Below are positions 1-9,090 of a DNA stretch of 64,000 nucleotides, piece by piece. The notes beneath the pieces are model-generated. The model did not search any database, was not told where the DNA came from, and saw nothing but the letters and a program-made list of their open reading frames with translations. The translations under genes were made by a program, and so were the position numbers. Within the stretch, counting starts at the first letter, position 1; each line of letters starts with the position of its first letter. Source of the DNA: Candidatus Hermodarchaeota archaeon (GTDB taxonomy: Archaea > Asgardarchaeota > Lokiarchaeia > Sigyniarchaeales > SOKP01); contig JBHLLP010000017.1 in the NCBI GenBank assembly GCA_048885525.1, positions 1 to 64,000 of the forward strand. The letters run 5' to 3'.

Positions 1-14
1 TACATATAACTTAT

Positions 15-269
15 TTAAATTCCACCAGCTTGAGTGGCCATAACAGTAATTACATCTTTTTTTGGATGAATTCCAATCTTTGCAAATTTAAGTTGATCTG
101 GTAAAACTTTGCCTTTAAATATAAACTGAATAGCTAAAATTGGATTTAATTTATATTCACGCTGTACAGTTTTTTTAATTTCTGCTATTGAGTTATTTGG
201 ATCGAGTTCTATTAGCTTTATTGCTTGATCTGGAGGAACCCCCGTAAGTCTGAAACGATATTGAGTAAT
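15..269 (-). CDS. Ubiquitin-like (beta-grasp) protein, 84 aa, ending ...QAGG-I; not in ORF track
   Basis: Manual translation: ITQYRFRLTGVPPDQAIKLIELDPNNSIAEIKKTVQREYKLNPILAIQFIFKGKVLPDQLKFAKIGIHPKKDVITVMATQAGGI*. Shows ubiquitin-like SIAEIK, FIFKGKVL and di-Gly. Inferred ATT start 6 nt after GGGTGTGA. Confidence 0.85.
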   Translation of the reverse strand: MTQYRFRLTGVPPDQAIKLIELDPNNSIAEIKKTVQREYKLNPILAIQFIFKGKVLPDQLKFAKIGIHPKKDVITVMATQAGGI

Positions 270-427
270 TGTTAATCACACCCTTTTTATTATTTTTAAA
301 TTGATTTGAATTAGTTATAGATTATCCAACTGATATATTAAGGATTTTCGTCCAACATTCCGAACTTCAGTTTAAAGATTAAAAATTTCGGTTCTTATTC
401 TACTTTAAATGATCTTAAGAAGATTTT

Positions 428-625
428 TTAAAATCGAAAAGGTTCTGGAGGAGGTCCTGGTCGATCAGGTGGACCTGGAGGATGAATAGGGCCTGGTTTA
501 GGTAAAGGAGGAGATGGAAACCTACCTATTCTATTTTCTAAATTTGAAATCCGTTGCTCAATTTTATCTAATCTTTCTTCAATGGATTTTATCCTTTTTA
601 ATATATTTGGGTCCTCTATTGACAT
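428..625 (-). CDS. Small coiled-coil protein with proline-rich C-terminus
   Basis: Heptad pattern LKRIKSIEERLDKIEQRISNLENRI followed by FPSPPLPKPGP...PPPEPFRF; ATG preceded by TGTGA. Confidence 0.7.
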   Translation of the reverse strand: MSIEDPNILKRIKSIEERLDKIEQRISNLENRIGRFPSPPLPKPGPIHPPGPPDRPGPPPEPFRF

Positions 626-814
626 AAACTCACATTTTTAAATAATTTTTTAATAATTTCCAATTTCTAATATTAAATTTTTAAATTTTAAAATTTTGCC
701 AAGTATAGTGATTAATATATACTAAATTTATATATATTTGTTTTTTTAAACTTTTTTAGTCTAAGTCCAGGAAAAAAGTATAAATTTATATATTTTTTAT
801 AATATATTATCATT

Positions 815-1921
815 ATGGAAACTTGGAATATATCAAAAAAATTAAAGATAGAGTTATTAAAGAAATCTGGTAACATTGAAGATAACAGTAGGAGAATATT
901 GTTTATTCTTAGAAACTTAGGTCCACAAAGATTTATTAATTTAGTAAAATATTCAAACTTAAGTAGATCAACGGTATCTAAATATCTTAATCTTCATAGA
1001 AAAAATAAAAACATAGAACAAAGATTAATTACAGATAAGACAACAAATAAACAGTACAGAAGTTATGTAATAACAGAGAGAGGGATAGAAAAACTCGGAG
1101 AGGAACCGTTAAAATTAAAGGATGAAATATTTATTGTTAATGAACTAAAAGAAAATGTCAGAAAGCTTGAAAATTTAATTAATTTTTATAAAGAAATAAG
1201 CGTAGAAGACCCCTTTATTATTCAAATTGTAAGAATCATCTCTAAAATAGGAGATAACTTTTTTGAATTACAACAAGATCGAGATTTGTACTTATCTTTA
1301 TTTTATATCTTTTATAACTCAATTCTAGGACAAGGAGCATTCGCAAGAAATTACTGGCACTTTGATGAGTCCAGTTCTCAAAAATTTGTAGGTTATAAAT
1401 TAAATTTAGAACAGTTTAGTGAAGTATATAATGTGTCAAGGGAAGCAATCAACTATTTAGCACGATTTAAATTAATAACAAATGATTTTGGTTTTTATTT
1501 AATTAAACGTGAAAATAGTGATTTCTTCTTTCATGAAGAAGATTTATTGGGAACTACTACCTTAAGGCTAATTAAAGATAGATTAATAAATGAGATCATT
1601 AATCTTCAAGAAGGAATTTATGATGAGATCTATGACCTTGATATTATGGCTGAAGAAATAACTGATCAATTAAAAGATATGGGCTTGATTTGGGATGCGA
1701 TTAAAGATCAATTTCAATTATTAGTATTAAATTTGATTGTAAAGAATGCAATAGAGATGGGATTTTTAGACATTGAAAGAGAAATTTTGATGGAGGGAGT
1801 TACTCAATCGAAAAAAATGCCAATGTCTCTTGAAGGTAAAAAGCTCCAAGAAAATTTATTAGAAAATTCAAAAAAAGATTTGAATTTAAATGTACTTACT
1901 CTGATTGAGAATCTTAAATAA
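815..1921 (+). CDS. Winged-HTH (MarR/ArsR-like N-terminus) protein with unknown helical C-terminus
   Basis: LVKYSNLSRSTVSKYL...YVITERG wHTH pattern. Confidence 0.7.
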   Translation: METWNISKKLKIELLKKSGNIEDNSRRILFILRNLGPQRFINLVKYSNLSRSTVSKYLNLHRKNKNIEQRLITDKTTNKQYRSYVITERGIEKLGEEPLKLKDEIFIVNELKENVRKLENLINFYKEISVEDPFIIQIVRIISKIGDNFFELQQDRDLYLSLFYIFYNSILGQGAFARNYWHFDESSSQKFVGYKLNLEQFSEVYNVSREAINYLARFKLITNDFGFYLIKRENSDFFFHEEDLLGTTTLRLIKDRLINEIINLQEGIYDEIYDLDIMAEEITDQLKDMGLIWDAIKDQFQLLVLNLIVKNAIEMGFLDIEREILMEGVTQSKKMPMSLEGKKLQENLLENSKKDLNLNVLTLIENLK

Positions 1922-2178
1922 AAAGCTTCAAATATTTTTACTCCGATTATTTTAAAATATTGTTTAAATTCCCTCTTTAAAAAAATTTGAAAAAGTTGGG
2001 GTTTTAATATGGATTCAAAGATAATTTTATAGAATTGGTTAAAACTGGAAAACTAATTCTAATTTTAAAATTCTCAAGAAAATCCGGAGTAATTCTAACC
2101 TTGTGTGAAATTCAATTCTTATGGTGTTTCCTGTCTATACCTTTCGTTTTTTATTTTAATTTTAGATTATCCAAACCT

Positions 2179-3711
2179 ATGAGGGAATTTGAAATTAATA
2201 AATACCTTAAATTAAAACTCGAAGGTGGGAGAACAAATATTTACGTTAAGGGGCGTAGATTTCAACAATGCATGTACCTATTACTTAATATCCCTATTGA
2301 TAGAATTGAAGATTATGATGAAATTGAATCTATTGATGAAGCTGCTGAAAAATTAGATAGATCCATGGAAGGGCATCATAATAATTTAGGTGGGAGGATC
2401 ACTCCTGAAGAAGAATTTCAAGGACATTGCTCCAATATTCAGGTATGGGCAGAAAATGGTTATGATACAAGAATTCTACATCGAAACCTTGCTTTTCCTT
2501 TATTAAAGAGATTAAGTGAGGTAGGTGATCCTATAGCAAAAAGAGTCTTTTCTGAAGAGATCGCCATAAGGCTTGCAAGTAAACACCCAACTGTTATTCA
2601 ATTTTTAACTCAAAACGGATATTTAAGATATTTGAACCTTGATGAATTTGAAAGCATTTTAGATGACTTAAATCCAACCTTTTTGCAAAACATAACTACT
2701 GATTTAAAATATATAATTGAAAATAATCAAGGTACGAATTTAGTTTCTCAAATAAATTTTTTAATTCATAGAATAATAAGGGATTATGGAATTGAACATA
2801 TTTCATTAATCACTTCAAAAATAATACATGAAATTCCAGAAAACTATAGACATAGTCTAGTTAAAGAGATATATAGTATATTAAGAGATAGAAAAAAATT
2901 TCCTTTGATTCAATATGTCAATAAACATCTTGAATATTTTGAAGACTTCAAGTTTGAACATAATTTTGTTAAATATGATAGTAGGATTGTAGCTATTTTT
3001 AGAAATAATAAAATTTATTTGAATAATCAAAACATTAGAAAAATATCAAGTTTAAATTTAATTAATGCTAAAGCAGATGATGTGAAATATCTTGATCTGA
3101 GTAATAACCAAATTTCTGATCTTAATGGGATTGAGATATTTTCAAATTTAAGTGTCTTAAAATTGAACAATAACAAAATTTCTAAAATAGATGGAATACA
3201 AAATCTTAGGAGATTGGAAAAGCTATTATTAAGGCATAATAGAATTACCGAAATTAAAGGTCTTAAAGATTTAACTAATCTGAAATATCTCGATTTAACT
3301 AATAATCCAACAATAACCGAAATACCTGAAATATTAACCGAATTGCCCGCTCTGGAAACTATAAAATTATGGAATTGTAATATTAATAAATATTCTGAAT
3401 CTACAGGAAAGATTTTCTGGATGAATCAAAATTATCGATTTTTCACCGGTTATAATGAAAATGACAAAAGTTATTATGAGAATTCATACAATAGAGTTGT
3501 CTCATCAGACAATGGGCTATACAAACAATTTGTAGAATGGTTGTTAAAAATGAGATATTTAATGAAAATTTATAAGTTTTCGTATCAGGATATTTATAAT
3601 TTTAATGAAGAAACTTCAAAAAATGCAATATGGTCGGGAAGATTAACAAATGATTTTAAAAAATGGTTAGATAATAAAAAATATCAAAAAAAAATTACAT
3701 CTTTTTTTTAA
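2179..3711 (+). CDS. Leucine-rich repeat protein with Lokiarchaeia-type N-terminal domain
   Basis: LDLSNNQISDL / LKLNNNKISKI / LLLRHNRITEI repeats; N-terminal ITPEEEFQGHCSNIQVW domain. Start moved from 2035 to ATG 2179 (MREFEINKYLKLKL). Confidence 0.85.
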   Translation: MREFEINKYLKLKLEGGRTNIYVKGRRFQQCMYLLLNIPIDRIEDYDEIESIDEAAEKLDRSMEGHHNNLGGRITPEEEFQGHCSNIQVWAENGYDTRILHRNLAFPLLKRLSEVGDPIAKRVFSEEIAIRLASKHPTVIQFLTQNGYLRYLNLDEFESILDDLNPTFLQNITTDLKYIIENNQGTNLVSQINFLIHRIIRDYGIEHISLITSKIIHEIPENYRHSLVKEIYSILRDRKKFPLIQYVNKHLEYFEDFKFEHNFVKYDSRIVAIFRNNKIYLNNQNIRKISSLNLINAKADDVKYLDLSNNQISDLNGIEIFSNLSVLKLNNNKISKIDGIQNLRRLEKLLLRHNRITEIKGLKDLTNLKYLDLTNNPTITEIPEILTELPALETIKLWNCNINKYSESTGKIFWMNQNYRFFTGYNENDKSYYENSYNRVVSSDNGLYKQFVEWLLKMRYLMKIYKFSYQDIYNFNEETSKNAIWSGRLTNDFKKWLDNKKYQKKITSFF

Positions 3712-3718
3712 TTTAAGA

Positions 3719-4654
3719 TTATTCAAGCATTTTCTCTATAGGTTTTAGTGCTCTTTTTGCAATATCTGAAGGAACTTTAACCTCATGTGTTTTATCATCT
3801 AAGTTTTCTAGAAGGTATTTAATCAATTCAAGGCTATGCTTTTTCATATTATAGCATACTAACTTATCTTTTGCTGTGTAAAAAGTTTTTTGTGGAAAAT
3901 CTTTTGCCATACGTTCCAAGAGTCCAATTTCAGTTCCTATGATAAATTCTTTTTCATCAGAATTACTATTCTTAACTTTATTATACATTTTCGCAGTCGA
4001 TCCTACATAATCAGATAGGTTTCTAACCTCTCTAATACATTCGGGATGAACAAGGAGTTTTGCGTTAGGATATTTTTGCCTTACCTTTTTTATATCCTCT
4101 GCTTTAATCTGTGAATGCACATAACAATGACCATTTTCTGGCATTTGAATACACTTTATACCAGATAGTTCCTCCGCGTAATCTGCCAAGTTTGCATCAG
4201 GACCGAATAATACAGCATCTTCATTAAATTCTTTACTCATTCTCTCCACTATTTTGACTGCATTTGAAGATGTACAGCAAATATCAGATTCAGCTTTAAC
4301 TGCTGCAGTTGAGTTTATATATACTACAACTGGAAGTCCGGGATGTTCTTTTTTAAATTTATTAACCATATCGGGAATTAAAAAAGCCGCCATGGGGCAA
4401 CAAGACTCATAATTCGGAATTAGTACGTGTTTATCTTGATTAATAATTGAGGCAGTTTCTGCCATAAAATCCACACCTGCAAATATGATATATTCTGTAT
4501 TTGCCTTTTTTGCAGAACGAGATAATCCAAGAGAGTCGCCTACAAAATCAGCGATTTCTTGGATTTCTATTGTTTGATAATAGTGAGCGAGGAGAACAAC
4601 GTCTTTTTTTTTCTTTAAACTGAGAATTTCTTGTTGTAAGTGGTTAACTGTCAT
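3719..4654 (-). CDS. nadA: Quinolinate synthase
   Basis: LAHYYQ, GDSLGL, GVDFMAE, CPMA, YINS, CTSSNA, HPEC, GST motifs. Confidence 0.95.
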   Translation of the reverse strand: MTVNHLQQEILSLKKKKDVVLLAHYYQTIEIQEIADFVGDSLGLSRSAKKANTEYIIFAGVDFMAETASIINQDKHVLIPNYESCCPMAAFLIPDMVNKFKKEHPGLPVVVYINSTAAVKAESDICCTSSNAVKIVERMSKEFNEDAVLFGPDANLADYAEELSGIKCIQMPENGHCYVHSQIKAEDIKKVRQKYPNAKLLVHPECIREVRNLSDYVGSTAKMYNKVKNSNSDEKEFIIGTEIGLLERMAKDFPQKTFYTAKDKLVCYNMKKHSLELIKYLLENLDDKTHEVKVPSDIAKRALKPIEKMLE

Positions 4655-4837
4655 TTTAAACTGTAACTTATATAAATTACCTATATCATTAAAAGGTGTA
4701 AATACAAATAAGTCCTCTTTTTATTATTTTTAATGATCATTAATAAACAATATTTTTTTTTTAATTAATGCGTTTTCAAAAGATTATTATATTTAAATAA
4801 ATTTTGTTGAACTTAACGAGATAAACGGGACATTATT

Positions 4838-6511
4838 ATGGAATTCATATATAAAGAGGAATTCTGGTTTATTAGCACTTTTTTGAATAGGTCTCTAGTG
4901 GATGGGAATAAAAAAAGTCAAGAAATTGAGAAGCTAATAAAAGAACACCTAAAAAATCTGAAAAAAGAGGATATCTACTACAAAATTAGAGATGACTTTG
5001 GCGATGATATAATAGATATGGCAAGAAATATATCATTAAAGTGCAATTGGATACCTTATTTAGAGAGTTTTCCATATGAAGATGAAAATAGCCAAAGAAC
5101 TTATGACACCTTAGGATTTTTTCAATTCGATGTTGAATATTATAAAGACCAGCCTTTTAAAAAACAAATTGTTAAATCTAACTTTATTCAACAGATTCCA
5201 CAGACTTTATTAGCATTTTTAAAAAATCATTCTATAAAAGAGGAGAATAGAGGGATTATTTTCGATTTAGAAAGTCCAATATATATATTTGTGACTTCTA
5301 ATAAATTAAAACCTGAAAATTTCGAATGGACGCAAGAGAATATTAATAAATTTAAAAAGACCATTGGATATTGGACCGAAATATATTCTGGGCAATGGGA
5401 AGATTATTCTGAAACATTATATGACAAACGTATTGAGAATAATTTATCTAATCGCCTTTCTGAGCTACATTTCATTCGTAGAAATTCTGGATTTATATAT
5501 ATGGCCGAAGAGAATTACGAAAATTTTTTTGAATCTTATATGAAACAATTTGTTCTAACCCCAACACCAAAAATGAGGGCAGTGTTATTTGCATTAAGAT
5601 TGATAAATGAATCACTTGATTTATTATTCTTAAAAGCCCAATCGGAAGAATTTAAGGATGTAGAAACTATTGAAAAAAAAATCAGAAATTTAAGGCTTTT
5701 AAGAGGTTTAATTCAAACTAATTTAAGCATTATTTATAATGAATTAGATTATAATAGGAGACAACACTATACAAGTGTGTTAAAACATCTTCTAAATGAA
5801 TTTGAAATTGAAAGTATTGTAAATAGAATTAATGAGAAATTTAATATTATATATGACTCTATGCAACAGTTGTATCAAAAGAAAAATGAAGAAATTCAAA
5901 AAAGAACGGAGAAAGGTCTTAATTTACTGAATCTACTTTTCGGAGCAGGAATATTAGCAGATCTAGGAGGTGTTATCATGATTGCTTTAAGTTTACAAGA
6001 AGGAGATCTCATATCAGTATTATTAAATAGTCTAATTGCTGTAGTGATAACCGGAATTTTAATCGTTACAATATTTTTCAACATTTACATGCGAATACAA
6101 ATTAAAAAAGTTAAAGTTGGACATACAGTAGATGCAATTATCGAAGATGGACAGGGAAATATAGTACTTATAAGGCGTAAATACCCTCCATTTCAAGGAT
6201 TCTATGCTCTTCCAGGAGGGTTTATTGAAGAAGGCGAAAAGCCGCAACAAGCATTACTCCGAGAAGTTAGAGAAGAGACAAACTTAAATATAAAAATTCT
6301 AAAAAAAATAGGAATTTTTGATGAAAAAGGACGCGATCCTCGAGGAAACATTCATAGCACTGCTTTTAAATGTATGGTTGATGACACTTCAAATATGAGA
6401 AGCGGTGATGATTCGAAAGATGTAGAACTTGTCTCAATAGAGCGATTGAAAGATATAGAATTAGCATTTGATCATAAAAAAATAATAAGAGCAGCAAATT
6501 TATTAGATTAA
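4838..6511 (+). CDS. Fusion: CorA-like soluble/helical domain + 2 TM + C-terminal Nudix hydrolase
   Basis: Long helical stalk into two hydrophobic helices (about 5917-6090), then Nudix box GGFIEEGEKPQQALLREVREETNL and RDPR, LAFDH motifs. Confidence 0.75.
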   Translation: MEFIYKEEFWFISTFLNRSLVDGNKKSQEIEKLIKEHLKNLKKEDIYYKIRDDFGDDIIDMARNISLKCNWIPYLESFPYEDENSQRTYDTLGFFQFDVEYYKDQPFKKQIVKSNFIQQIPQTLLAFLKNHSIKEENRGIIFDLESPIYIFVTSNKLKPENFEWTQENINKFKKTIGYWTEIYSGQWEDYSETLYDKRIENNLSNRLSELHFIRRNSGFIYMAEENYENFFESYMKQFVLTPTPKMRAVLFALRLINESLDLLFLKAQSEEFKDVETIEKKIRNLRLLRGLIQTNLSIIYNELDYNRRQHYTSVLKHLLNEFEIESIVNRINEKFNIIYDSMQQLYQKKNEEIQKRTEKGLNLLNLLFGAGILADLGGVIMIALSLQEGDLISVLLNSLIAVVITGILIVTIFFNIYMRIQIKKVKVGHTVDAIIEDGQGNIVLIRRKYPPFQGFYALPGGFIEEGEKPQQALLREVREETNLNIKILKKIGIFDEKGRDPRGNIHSTAFKCMVDDTSNMRSGDDSKDVELVSIERLKDIELAFDHKKIIRAANLLD

Positions 6512-6596
6512 TCTCTATTTCTATTTTTTATTAACATAAGTTTCTTATTTATAGATTAATTCTTCAACTTCATAAAATTTTAATTAGTGAAGAAAA

Positions 6597-7142
6597 ATGA
6601 TAATTATACCAAGTCCAATAACAAAAAAACAACCCCAAATTCACAAATCTGTTTATATAGCTCCAACAGCAGTTATTATTGGGGATGTATCCATTGGAGA
6701 ATTATCGAATGTTTGGTTTGGGGCAGTTTTAAGAGGGGATCAAGGACCAATTAAGATTGGAAAGAATACAAGTATCCAGGAAAATGTTACAATTCACATG
6801 GAGAAGGGGACATCTGTCAAAATTGGATCAAATTGCATAATTGGGCACCATGCGATGATTCATGGACCCGTAGAAATTGGGGATGGATGCTTGATTGGGA
6901 TCGGGAGTAATGTGCTTCATAATACTATAATGAATGATGGTGCAATGATAGCTGCAGGAGCCGTAATTACTAACAGAGAAATTCCTACCAGACAATTATG
7001 GGCGGGTCTTCCGGCTAAACTTCTAAAAAATCTACCAGAAGAGGAAGAATTGATAGGTGAGAAGACTGCTAGTGATTATGTAAATAATGGCTTAAAGTTT
7101 AGAAAATTTTTTGAAAAGAATCCAGAGTTTACTAAATTTTAA
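6597..7142 (+). CDS. Gamma-carbonic anhydrase family (hexapeptide repeat) protein
   Basis: VIIGDVSIG, VWFGAVLRGD, IQENVTIH, IGHHAMIHG. Confidence 0.9.
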   Translation: MIIIPSPITKKQPQIHKSVYIAPTAVIIGDVSIGELSNVWFGAVLRGDQGPIKIGKNTSIQENVTIHMEKGTSVKIGSNCIIGHHAMIHGPVEIGDGCLIGIGSNVLHNTIMNDGAMIAAGAVITNREIPTRQLWAGLPAKLLKNLPEEEELIGEKTASDYVNNGLKFRKFFEKNPEFTKF

Positions 7143-7166
7143 TTTTTTCTTTTTAATAAGATTTTC

Positions 7167-7904
7167 TTACATTGAGCAGATACATTTGTTATTTTTTACA
7201 ATATCAATTTTATTAAATCTTAGATCTATTAAGTTAACCATCAAAACTTTATTTTCTAAGTTAGGAAGTCCTAAAGTTGTTTTTATCACTTCCAATGCTT
7301 CTAATGTTCCTAGGATTCCTGGAGTAATCCCAATTACAGGTAAAGGACCCTCATCTGGAGGTGTTTCTATTGGTGAGAAAACACATTGATAACAAGCGCT
7401 CTTTTTTGGATTAATAGTTATGATTTGACCATAAAAGTCCTTTATTCCTGCTATTACACATCGTAAATTGTTTTCAATGGCAATCTTATTAACTAAGAAT
7501 TTTGTCTTAAAATTATCACTACAGTCTACAATGAAATCATAATCTATGTTCATTAAATATTTCTTGATGGAATCTTCATTTATGTAATCTTTATATGTAT
7601 TAATCTGAACATCAGAATTAAGTCTCGATAACACATCTTTTGCTGCCTTTGCTTTATCCTCTCCAATTTGAGTTTCATTATAGAGTATTTGCCTTTGCAA
7701 ATTAGAGATATCTAACACATCGTTATCAATTATTGTTAATTCGTTTATACCTGCAGCAGTGAGATATAATGCAAAAGGAGACCCTAAACCTCCCGCTCCA
7801 ATTTGGAGAACCTTTATTTGTGAAAGTTTTTCTTGTCCTTCCTCTCCAATTTCAGGAGATATTATTTGCCTTGAAAATCTTTCTTTTTGACTCTCGGTTA
7901 AAAT
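7167..7904 (-). CDS. ThiF/MoeB/E1-like adenylyltransferase (true start upstream of track ORF, probably ATT 7904 or 7907)
   Basis: Frame stays open upstream of 7718: ILTESQKERFSRQIISPEIGEEGQEKLSQIKVLQIGAGGLGSP...DNDVLDISNLQRQ; CYQC Zn site. Confidence 0.9.
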   Translation of the reverse strand: MLTESQKERFSRQIISPEIGEEGQEKLSQIKVLQIGAGGLGSPFALYLTAAGINELTIIDNDVLDISNLQRQILYNETQIGEDKAKAAKDVLSRLNSDVQINTYKDYINEDSIKKYLMNIDYDFIVDCSDNFKTKFLVNKIAIENNLRCVIAGIKDFYGQIITINPKKSACYQCVFSPIETPPDEGPLPVIGITPGILGTLEALEVIKTTLGLPNLENKVLMVNLIDLRFNKIDIVKNNKCICSM

Positions 7905-7910
7905 AATAAA

Positions 7911-8294
7911 TCACTTATTTATAATATTTTTGACATTTTGAACAAATTCTTCAATCTCGATGAAAATTAAACCCAAATCAACATTTAAGTCAAACAAAGA
8001 AACGAAGATTATATTATCATCTATATCTACAACAATAAATTGATAGTCTTGATATTCTACAGTTATATTATTAATTTGATTAGTTCCTAAACTTGAAGTA
8101 GCTGTTTCGGTTGCTTGAAACATAGCTGCTGCGAGTGCCCCAAATCGCCTTTCATCAATATCTCTTGGTAATCGTGAAGAAATCAGTAGTCCATTACGAT
8201 TTACTAATGCAGTACCTATTACTTCGCTAAAATTTTCTAATCGCTCAAGTTCTTCCTTAATATTTTTGATCATAAAATTATCAATTAAGATCAT
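7911..8294 (-). CDS. Roadblock/LC7 domain protein
   Basis: VIGTALVNRNGLLISS, FGALAAAMF, VDLGLIFIE pattern. Confidence 0.85.
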   Translation of the reverse strand: MILIDNFMIKNIKEELERLENFSEVIGTALVNRNGLLISSRLPRDIDERRFGALAAAMFQATETATSSLGTNQINNITVEYQDYQFIVVDIDDNIIFVSLFDLNVDLGLIFIEIEEFVQNVKNIINK

Positions 8295-8450
8295 TTTTAA
8301 TTAAAATTGAATTCTCTTTAGAAATTTGACGTAAATGAAGTTTTAAATTATTAGGCTTAAAATTAGTAAATTAGCCAATTATATTTATAATTTTAGGATC
8401 GATTTTATTCTAAACAATATGAATTAGCTAATTCTTAATTATTAAAATTT

Positions 8451-8651
8451 CTATCTATAGAAGGACTTCTTTCCATTAAAACTTCGATATCTGTTACGCC
8501 AACTTGGTTGTCTAAGTTTGGATGTGTTTCCAAAACCACAACTTGCACAAAATCTTTTTCGGCGATGGTAAGAGTGATTTCCACAACGCCTACATGTTTT
8601 ATGAGTCGGAGCCTTATTCTTTTTTCCTTTACTCGGAGTTCCTTTTCCCAT
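8451..8651 (-). CDS. rpl37e: 50S ribosomal protein L37e
   Basis: MGKGTPSKGK, THKTCRRCG, CASCGFG. Confidence 0.97.
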   Translation of the reverse strand: MGKGTPSKGKKNKAPTHKTCRRCGNHSYHRRKRFCASCGFGNTSKLRQPSWRNRYRSFNGKKSFYR

Positions 8652-8668
8652 TAATTACCATCTCTTAC

Positions 8669-8977
8669 TTATATATCCTCGTTTTCCTCTCTATGCATTA
8701 ATTTTTCCTCATCCCCAGCAGCAAAAATTAATTTTTCCCGATCCTGTCCTATGAAAATTATAGAAGCACCTCTGATCATTACAGTTCCTAAATCCTTACT
8801 CCTTTTACCTCCACGTCCAAAATAGATCTCTTTAGCATCTGTTACTATTAAATTCATATAATTATCAAATCTAGTTAATTTTCCAGTTAAATAGGTATTC
8901 CAAATCTTTAATTTTATGCGGACAGAATCTTTCAAAATCGCTTTACTAAGTGTTCGTGATATTGTTGGTTGACTCAT
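8669..8977 (-). CDS. Sm/LSm family protein
   Basis: GKLTRFDNYMNLIVTDA (Sm1), LGTVMIRG (Sm2); conserved position upstream of L37e. Confidence 0.9.
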   Translation of the reverse strand: MSQPTISRTLSKAILKDSVRIKLKIWNTYLTGKLTRFDNYMNLIVTDAKEIYFGRGGKRSKDLGTVMIRGASIIFIGQDREKLIFAAGDEEKLMHREENEDI

Positions 8978-9090
8978 CGAATAATCTTCTAAAAATTATG
9001 CTTTGATAATTTTATGAATTTAAGTTAAAATAAATATTTTTTTAAATATTTGAGAATTTAGGATAATAAATTAATATAACGGGGATACAT

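Noticed and set aside
2035-2178. N-terminal 48-aa extension of the LRR ORF
   Set aside because: TTG-started low-complexity stretch; the recognisable domain begins at ATG 2179.
5896-7389. Short ORFs 5896-6084, 6059-6250 and 7111-7389
   Set aside because: Antisense shadows of well-supported genes.
276-7913. Selenocysteine at the in-frame TGAs before the Ubl and E1 genes
   Set aside because: Neither TGA aligns with a catalytic Cys position, both fall within SD-like GTGA motifs, and no SECIS was recognised.
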